Shown piece after piece: positions 27,225 to 37,529 of a stretch of DNA of 37,529 nt (the first letter of the stretch is position 1; the number at the start of each line of letters is the position of its first letter). This DNA comes from Bacteroidales bacterium (GTDB taxonomy: Bacteria; Bacteroidota; Bacteroidia; Bacteroidales; VadinHA17), in contig JAUYBT010000030.1 of assembly GCA_030692905.1 (NCBI GenBank), forward strand, positions 1 to 37,529, written 5' to 3'. A program made the translations under genes and the position numbers. The notes beneath the pieces were generated by a model that made no database searches, was not told the origin of the DNA, and worked only from the letters and a program-made list of their open reading frames with translations.

Positions 27225-29810
27225 ATGAAAACCCGTATTATCTTCACTGCCGTCGTATTGGTTATCCTTTCCTTAACCTGCCTCGCACAGGCCCCTGCAG
27301 GCAGAAAAATTCTGCTTAAAGATAACTGGGCAATACAGTCTTCCAATGAAATCAAGCCAGACGGTAAAGCCATTTCAAATACCGGCTTCAATACCAATGG
27401 ATGGTATCCCACTTCTGTGCCTGCAACTGTTCTTGCTGCATTAGTTGCCAACAAGGTTTACCCCGATCCCTATTTTGGAACCAACATCAAAAACCTTCCC
27501 GGTACAACCCCCGAGCGGAACAGAGACATGCCCGATGGCAGTCCGTTTAAGGTTGCCTGGTGGTACCGTACCGAGTTCAAACTCCCTGCCGATTATAAAG
27601 GAATGCACACCTGGCTGCAGTTTCACAGCATCAACTACAAAGCAAATATCTGGCTGAACGGCAAGCTTATTGCCGATACAACCACTATTGAAGGTGCGTA
27701 TCGTCTCTTTAACCTCGATATTTCAAAAGAAGCCTTACCAGGCGATAACAATTGCCTGGCCCTGGAGATATTTCCTCCAAAGGGAATGGACCTTACCATC
27801 ACCTGGGTTGACTGGAACCCCACCCCGCCCGACCGGGGCATGGGTATATGGTACGACGTGTCCGTTCATGCAACCGGTGCAGTGGCAATTGAAAACCCCC
27901 ATGTGGTAACAAAGCTGAACCTGCCGTCAACCGACCAGGCCAGACTCACGGTCACGGCAGAACTGCGGAATGCAGAGAAGAAACCGGTAACAGGAATGCT
28001 GAAAGGGACCATTGAAAATATTACTTTCTCGCAAGAAGTAAAGCTGGGAGCCGGGGAAACAAAGCTGGTGAGTTTTCTGCCTGAGACATTTCCCCAACTG
28101 GTGATGGCTAATCCGCGCCTCTGGTGGCCGCATACAGTAGGTCCCCAAAACCTTTATGACCTGAACCTTAGTTTTGAGGCCTCAGGCAGTACAACGGACA
28201 CCAAAAAAGTGCGCTTTGGCATTCGCGAGATCACCGCATGGATGAACAATTTCGACAAACTTCATACAAAAGTTTTCCAGGTGAATGGTAAGAACATCGT
28301 TATCAGGGGCGGCGGCTATGTGCAAGACCTGATGCTGCGGCCATCCAATGAACGGACAGACGCAGACCTGTTGTATGCAAAGCACATGAACCTGAATACC
28401 CTGAGGATGGAAGCTCCGCGGGGCTCTGATTATTTGTTTGAAAGGTGCGATGAAGAAGGCATTTTGCTCATGGTGGGCTGGTGCTGCTGCAGTGCATGGG
28501 AACGCTGGAAAAACTGGACACCGCACACAGGTGATGTGGCCGAATTGAGCTGGAAAGACCAGATTGTCCATCTGCGCAATCATCCTTCGGTTTTTACCTG
28601 GCTATACGGAAGTGATAATTTCCCACCCCCTGATGTTGAAAAGAGATACATCAAAGTATTGGATGAATATGACAACACCCGGCCTTATGAATCTTCAGCC
28701 ACCCAGGCCCCCAGTACCATTACCGGCTTGACCGGTGTGTGGATGGGTCCCTATCCAAAGGTGTATGCTTATTTCCCACCTTCCTACTGGTATACGAAAC
28801 TGGAGTTCAATACGGAAGCCGGTCCCACAGGCGAACAATTGCCGCCAATCGAGACAATGAGGCGGATGATGCCCGAAAAGGACTTGTGGCCCATGAGTGA
28901 ATCATGGGATCTGCGCCTGCATAAAGCATTTTATCCGATTGCAAGGGCAGCTCTTGAATCACGCTATGGTAAACCAACCGGCGTGGAAGAGTATTGCATG
29001 AAGTCGCAGGTGTTTCAGAATGAGGCTGTAAAGGCCATGTTCGAGGCTTTTGCAGGCAATAAATACCGTTCCAGCGGCATTATTTACTGGATGTACAACT
29101 CCGCCTGGCCCAAGATGTACTGGCAATTGTACGACTATTATTTTATGCCCAACGGGGCTTTTTACGGGGCAAAGAATGCCTGCGAACCGCTGCATATCCA
29201 GTATTGCTATGATGACAATTCAATTAAAATTGTGAATTGCTTTTACAAGGATTTTAACGGATTGAAAGCATCCGTGAAAATCTTTGATTTCAATATGGCT
29301 GAAGTCTGGTCGAAAGTGGTAGATGCCGGTGTAGCTGCCGATGAGAGCAAAAAAATACTGAACCTTGAAATTCCAAAGGATATTACAAAGGTTTATTTCC
29401 TCAAGTTGGAGTTAAAAGATGCTTCAGGAAAACCGGTATCATCCAATTTTTATTGGTTAAGCTCCAATGGGGATGAGAAGGCCGATTTTACTGATCTCAG
29501 CAAGCTTCCCGTGGCGAATGTAAATGTTACTGCATCAGCAATGCAGCAGGAAGGAAATAAATGCCGGCTCACGGTTACCATTGAAAATCCGGGTACGGGA
29601 CTAGCTTTTGCTGTGAATCCAAAGATACTGAAACTGACTTCCAAGGATCCGGTACTGCCTGTGTTCTGGGAGGATAATTATATTTCGCTCCTGCCAAAGG
29701 AAAAGCGGACGCTGCAGGTTGAATTCGACGTGAAAAATCTGAATGGTGAAAAGCTTCTGCTGAAAGTTGAAGGGTGGAATGTGAATGTGGTGGAAAAGGA
29801 AATTAGGTAG
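27225..29810 (+). CDS. GH2 exo-beta-D-glucosaminidase (CsxA-like) or beta-mannosidase, secreted
   Basis: Signal peptide; WVDWNPTPPD, GWCCCSAWE, LRNHPSVFTWLYGSD (Asp instead of the usual NE acid/base), FNTEAG. Confidence 0.85.
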   Translation: MKTRIIFTAVVLVILSLTCLAQAPAGRKILLKDNWAIQSSNEIKPDGKAISNTGFNTNGWYPTSVPATVLAALVANKVYPDPYFGTNIKNLPGTTPERNRDMPDGSPFKVAWWYRTEFKLPADYKGMHTWLQFHSINYKANIWLNGKLIADTTTIEGAYRLFNLDISKEALPGDNNCLALEIFPPKGMDLTITWVDWNPTPPDRGMGIWYDVSVHATGAVAIENPHVVTKLNLPSTDQARLTVTAELRNAEKKPVTGMLKGTIENITFSQEVKLGAGETKLVSFLPETFPQLVMANPRLWWPHTVGPQNLYDLNLSFEASGSTTDTKKVRFGIREITAWMNNFDKLHTKVFQVNGKNIVIRGGGYVQDLMLRPSNERTDADLLYAKHMNLNTLRMEAPRGSDYLFERCDEEGILLMVGWCCCSAWERWKNWTPHTGDVAELSWKDQIVHLRNHPSVFTWLYGSDNFPPPDVEKRYIKVLDEYDNTRPYESSATQAPSTITGLTGVWMGPYPKVYAYFPPSYWYTKLEFNTEAGPTGEQLPPIETMRRMMPEKDLWPMSESWDLRLHKAFYPIARAALESRYGKPTGVEEYCMKSQVFQNEAVKAMFEAFAGNKYRSSGIIYWMYNSAWPKMYWQLYDYYFMPNGAFYGAKNACEPLHIQYCYDDNSIKIVNCFYKDFNGLKASVKIFDFNMAEVWSKVVDAGVAADESKKILNLEIPKDITKVYFLKLELKDASGKPVSSNFYWLSSNGDEKADFTDLSKLPVANVNVTASAMQQEGNKCRLTVTIENPGTGLAFAVNPKILKLTSKDPVLPVFWEDNYISLLPKEKRTLQVEFDVKNLNGEKLLLKVEGWNVNVVEKEIR

Positions 29811-29824
29811 GTGTTAGGGTAAGT

Positions 29825-30461
29825 GTGTGCCTTGAATGAGCCTTATCGAAAGATGAGAATCAATGCTGTAAGTAAGATGGAGGAAGGCCCTCCGCAGGTG
29901 TTGTACAGGCGAGACCTGCAAACCGTCCTACGGTGCTTCTCGGGTGACTGAGCGGTATTGAACGGTTAGGGAAAAAGTCCTGTTGGAAGGATTAGGTAAG
30001 GATAGAAAAGATGAACGAAAGTGAACCTCTGTTGAAGTGCCGTGAAAACGAACTTCCTGTCAAAACTACCGTTTACTTACGACGGAGGATAAATGTAGCG
30101 GGCACCTGTTTACTGGCTACATGGCAGGCGTCATAGAGGAAGCATGATTTCTATTCGGGCTTACTTATGGAACAAGGGAAGTCTTGCAGAGATGCAAAGG
30201 GAAAGGCACAAGCAGGGGAAACACTTGCGAGGCTGAATACTGATGATCTGCAAGATGGCGGACTACCTCGTAGTAGTGAAGAAGCTTCTGTAATGGGAGT
30301 GGAGCGAAGGGGGTAGCAGCTTAATACGTCGCTAAATGAACAACTGTATTTACAGGAGGATTTAGCCAGCGAAGTATTAACTGAAGAGCCGTATGATGGG
30401 AGACTATCACGTACGGTTCCGTGAAAGGTTTGGGGGTGAAATTCCCCCTTACCTATTCGAC
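29825..30461 (+). mobile_element. Group II intron, ORF-less (IIB-like; 3' end +/-1 nt)
   Basis: 5' GTGTG; EBS1 ACTTAC (30075-30080) complementary to exon GTAAGT (29819-29824); domain III near 30267-30313; canonical 34-nt domain V at 30386-30419; domain VI with bulged A30455 and terminal GAC. Confidence 0.95.
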
Positions 30462-30475
30462 TAATGAAAATCGGA

Positions 30476-30565
30476 GGGGATTACCTGCGGTGATCCCTTG
30501 TGGGAGTTCCTTGCAACGCCAAATTACTCCCTTACTCGTTTCACTCGTATGGACTTTTTATTTTC
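30476..30565. repeat. tRNA-linked direct repeat, proximal copy
   Basis: Partner of 25525-25614; CGGAGGGGATT (30472-30482) is a shortened copy of the tRNA-Ser 3' end. Confidence 0.92.
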
Positions 30566-30636
30566 ATAGCTTTCCCAAACTGGTTTTGGAAAGCTATGAA
30601 AATAAAAAGCCCCCGGCTTTGCCGAGGGAGTAATTT
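30521..30636. repeat. Large nested inverted repeat in the tRNA-Ser 3' trailer (also terminator-like)
   Basis: Outer AAATTACTCCCT/AGGGAGTAATTT (12 bp); inner perfect 22-bp inverted repeat at 30554-30575 and 30588-30609. Confidence 0.9.
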
Positions 30637-30642
30637 ATCTTT

Positions 30643-30731
<89 letters not shown>

Positions 30732-30798
30732 TTTTTAATGCATCAGGTGTAAAAAAACAGGGGCGCAAATTACAAAAATATTTTTACAAAACGCCCTG

Positions 30799-31833
30799 TC
30801 ATGAGATTTCTCCTGCCAGGGTCTTATTCAATGATTGTACTACTTTTTCCCTCGATGAGTATCTGCCAAGCAGATGCATAAGTTTGGTAACAGAAGCTTC
30901 CGATGTAATGTCTTTACCGCTCACCACACCGGCTGCCAGCATCTGACGGCTTGTCTCATACAAACCCATTTCAACACTACCTCCAAGGCACTGGGTGACA
31001 TTGAAGATTATTCCTCCATTATCAATGTAGTATTTAAGATCATCTAAAAACCATTGGTATGTGGGTGCATTCCCCGACCCGAAGGTCTCAATAATTAATC
31101 CTCTCAGCCCATCAGTATTAATAATAGCCTGAACAAGTTTTCTGTTAATCCCAGGGAAGAGTTTCAGTATGGCAACGTTGGTATCGAATGTTTTATTAAC
31201 TATAAGTTTCTGATCTTTTGCATGATATCTTATCAGGTTACTAAAATATTTCAAATGTAATCCGACTTCTGCAAGAGGAGGATAGTTGGGAGAATAGAAG
31301 GCGTCGAAATGCTCAGCGCTCATCTTGGTGGTACGATTTCCACGGGTTAGTTTATTGTCGAAATATATACAAACCTCAGGTACTGCCGGAACCCCGTTTT
31401 CCTTGGCTGCAGCGATTTCTATTGCGGTGATGAGATTCTCTTTTCCATCAGTACGAAGCAGACCTATCGGCAATTGCGAACCGGTAAGAATAACGGGTTT
31501 TCCCAGGTTCTCCAGCATAAAGCTTAACGCTGATGCAGTATATGCCATTGTATCAGTTCCATGTAATACCACAAAGCCGTCAAAATCATTGTAGTTTTCT
31601 TCAATGATCTCAGCCATTTTAACCCAGACTCCGGGATCGATATTGGATGAATCCTTTACCGGATCAAAAGAGATTGAGTGAAGGTCATAACCGAACTTCA
31701 GGAGTTCGGGTACGTGATCTGAAATATGCCGGAAGTCGATTGGTATCAGCGATCCGGTTACAGGATCGTGAACCATCCCGATGGTTCCCCCTGTATAAAT
31801 GATCAGTATAGAGATATCCTTTTTATTTTTCAT
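30799..31833 (-). CDS. ansA: L-asparaginase type I
   Basis: IIYTGGTIGM, DSSN, HGTDTMAY, TGSQLP, FGSGNAP. Confidence 0.96.
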   Translation of the reverse strand: MKNKKDISILIIYTGGTIGMVHDPVTGSLIPIDFRHISDHVPELLKFGYDLHSISFDPVKDSSNIDPGVWVKMAEIIEENYNDFDGFVVLHGTDTMAYTASALSFMLENLGKPVILTGSQLPIGLLRTDGKENLITAIEIAAAKENGVPAVPEVCIYFDNKLTRGNRTTKMSAEHFDAFYSPNYPPLAEVGLHLKYFSNLIRYHAKDQKLIVNKTFDTNVAILKLFPGINRKLVQAIINTDGLRGLIIETFGSGNAPTYQWFLDDLKYYIDNGGIIFNVTQCLGGSVEMGLYETSRQMLAAGVVSGKDITSEASVTKLMHLLGRYSSREKVVQSLNKTLAGEIS

Positions 31834-31842
31834 TATTTCCTT

Positions 31843-32609
31843 TCAAAGATTGAAAAGTCGGGTTGAGTTAGTATACGTTATTGAAGCAACTTCTTCTTCA
31901 CTCATTCCGAAAATTTCTGCGAGTTTTTTATTAATAATACAAATATACGAACTCTCGTTCCTTTTTCCTCTATGTGGTACTGGCGCAAGATATGGAGAGT
32001 CAGTTTCAAGAATAAGGTTCTCCGGGCCAGTCTCTTTAACTATTTTGTCGAGCCCGGAGTTCTTAAAGGTTACAATACCTCCAATCCCAAGTTTAAATCC
32101 CATACCTATTGCTTTCTCAGCATCTTTGATATTCCCCGTAAAGGCATGTAAAACACCTTTTAAACCTTTCCCTTCAAATTCATCCAAGACTGAAAAAACT
32201 TCAGGGAAAGAATCCCTTGAATGAATTACAACAGGTAAGCCTTTATCTAATGCAAAGGCAATCTGCCTTCTGAAAGCAACCAGCTGTTCTTTCAGGAAAG
32301 TCTTATCCCAATACAGATCGATCCCGATTTCCCCGATTGCAATGAATTTATGTTTTGTAAACAGGTTTTCAAACTTATCGAGTTGAACAATGTAGTCCTC
32401 TTTGACAGAAGTGGGATGAAGGCCAATCATAGGATAACATATTCCAGGATATCTGTCAACTGTAGAAAGTATGCGGTCAACAGACTGAATATCAATGTTA
32501 GGCAGCAGCATTTTTGAGATACCACTGCTGCCAGCTCTGTTTACAGCTTCATCCCTGTCGGTATCGAATTCCGGAAGATAAAGATGGGTATGGGTATCAA
32601 TCAATTGCA

Positions 32610-32610
<1 letters not shown>
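31843..32610 (-). CDS. tatD: TatD-family DNase
   Basis: IDTHTHL, GLHP, IGEIGID, VIHSR, LHAF, ETDSPYLAP. Confidence 0.95.
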
Positions 32611-33962
<1,352 letters not shown>

Positions 33963-34049
33963 TTAGTTAAAAGGTTAATTGGTAAGTTAAAAGTATAAAA
34001 ACAATGGCAATTATCATTTCATTTTCCAGGGAATAAATGATATGACAAC

Positions 34050-35156
34050 TTATACTGTCCGATATATATTTCCCGGGGAACACTTTACTAGTCCTTTAAA
34101 CTCCATCTGAAGGAGCAGGGATGATAATTTATAAACCGGTATTTCGAGCGTCCGGCAAATACTGTCTATGGTAAGTTCCCCTTCTTTCATGAGTAATTCA
34201 AAGATCAGCTTTTCAGTCTCATCCAGATCGGAGAACAATGTTCTCTGTACAGGAGGTTTTGATTTTTCAGGTTTCCAGTTAAGAAAGTATTCGATATCAT
34301 CAGAACATTCGGTAAGTGCTGCTTTATTGCTCCTGATAAGGCTGTTGCAGCCGGCCGACCATTGATCATCCGGTCGTCCGGGTACAGCAAAAACATCGCG
34401 ATTATATGAATTGGCTATGTCGGCTGTAATAAGAGCACCTCCCTTTATTCCTGATTCGACAAGCAGGGTAGCATCGGATAGTCCGGCAATAATGCGGTTT
34501 CTTTTCAGGAAGTTATTGCGCTCAGGAAGTGCGTCTGAAAGGAAATCAGTCAGCAGTCCTCCTTTTTTAACTATCGTCCTTGCTGTTGAGGTGTGGACAG
34601 CAGGATAGGTGGTCTTAAAACCATGTCCCAGAACTCCTATGGTTTGCAGATTATTTGCAAGGGCTGCTTTGTGTGATGCAATATCAATGCCGTATGCAAG
34701 GCCGCTTACAATAATAAGATCGGGATGACCCGCTGCCAGCCCTCCGATAATCTTGTCACATATTTCTCTTCCACGTGTTGTGGCATTACGTGTGCCAACT
34801 ACACTTAATATCTTTGCAGCATTCAGATCGCAGTCACCCATGAAGAAAAATACCACGGGAGAATCATCACATTGTCTGAGTCTGAAAGGATAATCATTAT
34901 CAAGATAGAAATAGGTTCTGATGTTGTTCTTACTGATATATTCGGCCTCCTGTTCCGCAGTATCGAGATACGATCTGTCGCTGATATATTTTGCAATACC
35001 TGATCCGATTCCCGGTATTTTGATAAGGTTTCTGTAAGGTTCATGAAAAATCGCTTCCACGCTTCCGAAATGTGATACAAGCTTTCGCGCATTAATGTCG
35101 CCGATACGTGGAATCAGACCTAAAGCAATTTTATGCTTAAGTGATACTTCTGGCAT
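34050..35156 (-). CDS. dprA: DNA-processing protein DprA
   Basis: VVGTR, VSGLAYGID, FLKRNRIIAGLS, GGALITA, FAVPG, C-terminal winged helix; start moved to ATG 35156 (TATATTTG box at 35178-35185). Confidence 0.96.
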   Translation of the reverse strand: MPEVSLKHKIALGLIPRIGDINARKLVSHFGSVEAIFHEPYRNLIKIPGIGSGIAKYISDRSYLDTAEQEAEYISKNNIRTYFYLDNDYPFRLRQCDDSPVVFFFMGDCDLNAAKILSVVGTRNATTRGREICDKIIGGLAAGHPDLIIVSGLAYGIDIASHKAALANNLQTIGVLGHGFKTTYPAVHTSTARTIVKKGGLLTDFLSDALPERNNFLKRNRIIAGLSDATLLVESGIKGGALITADIANSYNRDVFAVPGRPDDQWSAGCNSLIRSNKAALTECSDDIEYFLNWKPEKSKPPVQRTLFSDLDETEKLIFELLMKEGELTIDSICRTLEIPVYKLSSLLLQMEFKGLVKCSPGNIYRTV

Positions 35157-35191
35157 AGCACAAGAAATTGAAACATACAAATATAAAAAAT

Positions 35192-35219
35192 GCAGGGACA
35201 TGTCATGGCATGTCCCTAC
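35192..35219. repeat. GTAG-type REP-like palindrome
   Basis: Minus strand reads GTAGGGACATGCCATGACATGTCCCTGC; lies between gdhB and dprA. Confidence 0.7.
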
Positions 35220-35249
35220 TAAATTTTATAATGACAGAGGGGTAAAATT

Positions 35250-36587
35250 TTATATCACACCCATATCAAGCATTGAACTTGCTACTTTAAGGAATCCGGC
35301 AATGTTTGCACCCTTCACATAATCAACATAGCCGTCTTCCCTCTTACCATGTTTAACGCACTGGCTATGGATATTGCACATGATATCATGCAGACGGTCA
35401 TCAACCTCCTGACAGTTCCAGCGAAGCTTCATTGAGTTCTGAGTCATTTCCAGTCCCGATGTAGCAACTCCACCGGCATTGACTGCTTTACCAGGAGCAA
35501 ATAATATCTTATGTTTATGAAATTCCTCAACAGCTTCGGGAGTGCAACCCATATTTGATACTTCAGCAATGAGGATAGCACCGTTGTTGATCAGTTTTTT
35601 TGCATCTTCACCGGTAAGTTCATTTTGGGTTGCACATGGGAGTGCAATATCAACTTTAACTTCCCATGGACGTTTACCTTCATGAAATTCGACTTCTTCA
35701 AATGCATAGGAATATGGTTTAACTATATCTTCATTTGATGCGCGAAGTTCAAGCATAAAATCAATTTTCTTTCCGGAAATTCCTTCTGGATCATAAATAT
35801 AACCATCAGGACCTGAGATAGTAACAACTTTACCTCCCAGTTCGGTAGCTTTAAGAGCAGCACCCCAGGCTACATTGCCAAATCCGGATATTGAAATTGT
35901 TTTACCCTTAAGAGTTTCATTTTTAGTAGCCAGCATTTCCTTGGCAAAATAGATCCCGCCAAAACCGGTAGCTTCAGGACGTATAAGCGAACCACCCCAG
36001 TTGCTGCCTTTGCCTGTAAGAACGCCCGTATGATCTCCCTTCAGTCTTTTGTACATCCCGTACAGGAATCCAATTTCACGGCCTCCAACACCGATATCAC
36101 CGGCAGGAACATCAGTTTCCGGTCCGATGTATTTCCACAGTTCAAGCATAAATGATTGGCAGAAACGCATTACCTCTGCATTTGATTTTCCTTTTGGATC
36201 AAAATCAGAACCCCCTTTACCTCCACCCATCGGAAGAGTGGTAAGTGCGTTCTTGAATATCTGTTCAAATCCAAGGAACTTAAGAATTGAAAGGTTAACA
36301 CTGGGGTGGAAGCGAAGGCCTCCTTTATAGGGACCAATGGCATTATTGAACTGAATGCGGTAACCAAGGTTTACCTTTACATTTCCTTCATCATCAACCC
36401 ATGGAATTTTAAAAGTTAAAACGCGATCAGGTTCAATGATGCGCTCAATAATGTTTGCAGATTCAAACTGTGGGTTTTCGTTATAAACCTCTTCGATCGA
36501 TTCCAGTACTTCTCTTACTGCCTGTAAATACTCAACCTCTCCCGGATGCTTCTTTTCGAGGTTATTCATGATTTTATCTACGTTCAT
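35250..36587 (-). CDS. gdhB: Glutamate dehydrogenase, Bacteroides GdhB-like (probably NAD-specific)
   Basis: Same GDH motifs, but RPEATGFGG, GFGNVAWG and N-terminus MNVDKIMNNLEKKHPGE as I recall for Bacteroides GdhB. Confidence 0.9.
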   Translation of the reverse strand: MNVDKIMNNLEKKHPGEVEYLQAVREVLESIEEVYNENPQFESANIIERIIEPDRVLTFKIPWVDDEGNVKVNLGYRIQFNNAIGPYKGGLRFHPSVNLSILKFLGFEQIFKNALTTLPMGGGKGGSDFDPKGKSNAEVMRFCQSFMLELWKYIGPETDVPAGDIGVGGREIGFLYGMYKRLKGDHTGVLTGKGSNWGGSLIRPEATGFGGIYFAKEMLATKNETLKGKTISISGFGNVAWGAALKATELGGKVVTISGPDGYIYDPEGISGKKIDFMLELRASNEDIVKPYSYAFEEVEFHEGKRPWEVKVDIALPCATQNELTGEDAKKLINNGAILIAEVSNMGCTPEAVEEFHKHKILFAPGKAVNAGGVATSGLEMTQNSMKLRWNCQEVDDRLHDIMCNIHSQCVKHGKREDGYVDYVKGANIAGFLKVASSMLDMGVI

Positions 36588-36756
36588 TATTCTGATATTT
36601 TAATTGATAATCCGTGTTAAAAATTAACTATTCAAATTTGAGGTTGTCAAAAATAATTTAAAATGATAAAACTCATGTTATCAAATGATAACCTTCACGC
36701 CTGTGGGGCACAAAATTAATTTTTTTTTCAAAAGGCATTACTGTTCAGGAAAAAAC

Positions 36757-37197
36757 CTATCGCCTGGTTTTAAAGAATCTCATCAATAATTCCATGCATT
36801 CTTCCTCAAGAACTCCGGATTCCACTTTAGTTTTTGGATGCAGTAACAAATCTGATATTGATCTGTAGCCCTTCTTTTCATCCTTTGCTCCGTAGACTAA
36901 TGCAGTCGCCTGGCTCCAGCCAATGGCTCCGGCACACATTGCGCAGGGTTCAAGTGTAACGTATATTGTACAATCTATCAGATATTTGCCACCAAGCCAG
37001 TTTGTGGCAGCTTTAATAGCCTGCATCTCAGCATGAGCTGTCGGATCTTTTAATGTCTCAGTAAGATTATGAGCCCTGGCAATAATCATATCATTGCAGA
37101 TCACCACCGCACCAACCGGAATCTCCTGTTTGTCAAATGCTTTATTTGCTTCAGCAAGGGCCGCCCTCATAAACTGCTCTTCTTTTTTCTGAGCCAT
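36757..37197 (-). CDS. tadA: tRNA adenosine(34) deaminase / nucleoside deaminase
   Basis: EIPVGAV, DPTAHAE, TLEPCAMC zinc motifs. Confidence 0.92.
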   Translation of the reverse strand: MAQKKEEQFMRAALAEANKAFDKQEIPVGAVVICNDMIIARAHNLTETLKDPTAHAEMQAIKAATNWLGGKYLIDCTIYVTLEPCAMCAGAIGWSQATALVYGAKDEKKGYRSISDLLLHPKTKVESGVLEEECMELLMRFFKTRR

Positions 37198-37301
37198 AAC
37201 CTTCTTGATTTACCTCTAAAAGTAGAAAGAAAAATGGGATTTCCCTTTTTCTCAGCAATCTGATAATTTTCTTATTTTTGTTGAAAATTAAATAGAAAGA
37301 A

Positions 37302-37529
37302 ATGTACAGGACACACACGTGCGGCGAATTGAATATGAGAAATACAGGGCAAGACGTTATTTTATGCGGTTGGGTTCAGAAATCGAGGGACCTTGGCGGA
37401 ATGACCTTTGTTGATCTTCGTGACCGTTATGGTATAACCCAGCTCGTATTTAACATGGAAACGAACAGAGAGCTTTGTGAAAAAGCCAGGAAACTCGGAC
37501 GCGAATTTGTTCTTCAGACGAAAGGGAAA
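37302..37529 (+). CDS. aspS: Aspartate--tRNA ligase, 5' part (runs off the window)
   Basis: Not in the ORF track; translates as [10 protein letters not shown]...[29 protein letters not shown]; TATTTTTG box at 37273-37280. Confidence 0.95.
   Translation, partial: MYRTHTCGELNMRNTGQDVILCGWVQKSRDLGGMTFVDLRDRYGITQLVFNMETNRELCEKARKLGREFVLQTKGK

Overview
Chromosomal window from a Bacteroidota (probably Bacteroidales) bacterium, judged from TAnnTTTG promoter boxes, AT-rich translation starts and gene order. The left flank holds core genes: lepA, an rprXY-like two-component system, acpP-fabF-rnc-IPExxxVDY, purN, an M23 peptidase and leuS. The right flank holds ansA, tatD, gdhA, dprA, gdhB, tadA and a partial aspS. 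Between two convergent tRNA genes, tRNA-Arg(CCG) and tRNA-Ser(GGA), lies about 18 kb of carbohydrate-utilisation cargo with no integrase, SusC/SusD or regulator. Five signals stand out. (1) A complete-looking but ORF-less group II intron (29825-30461) whose EBS1 pairs perfectly with its 5' exon. (2) A 90-bp structured direct repeat, each copy next to a degenerate tRNA-Ser 3' end, bracketing a 5-kb APC permease + exo-beta-glucosaminidase + intron module, which suggests cassette accretion at the tRNA. (3) A candidate sigma54-driven ~80-nt sRNA, divergent from the two-component system, that is antisense to a generic Bacteroidota translation start. (4) Inverted heptamer-repeat elements at gene borders, two of them boxing in a leuS that looks chimeric. 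(5) An apparently exported AKR/enolase/cupin trio. All calls come from reading the sequence; no searches were run.
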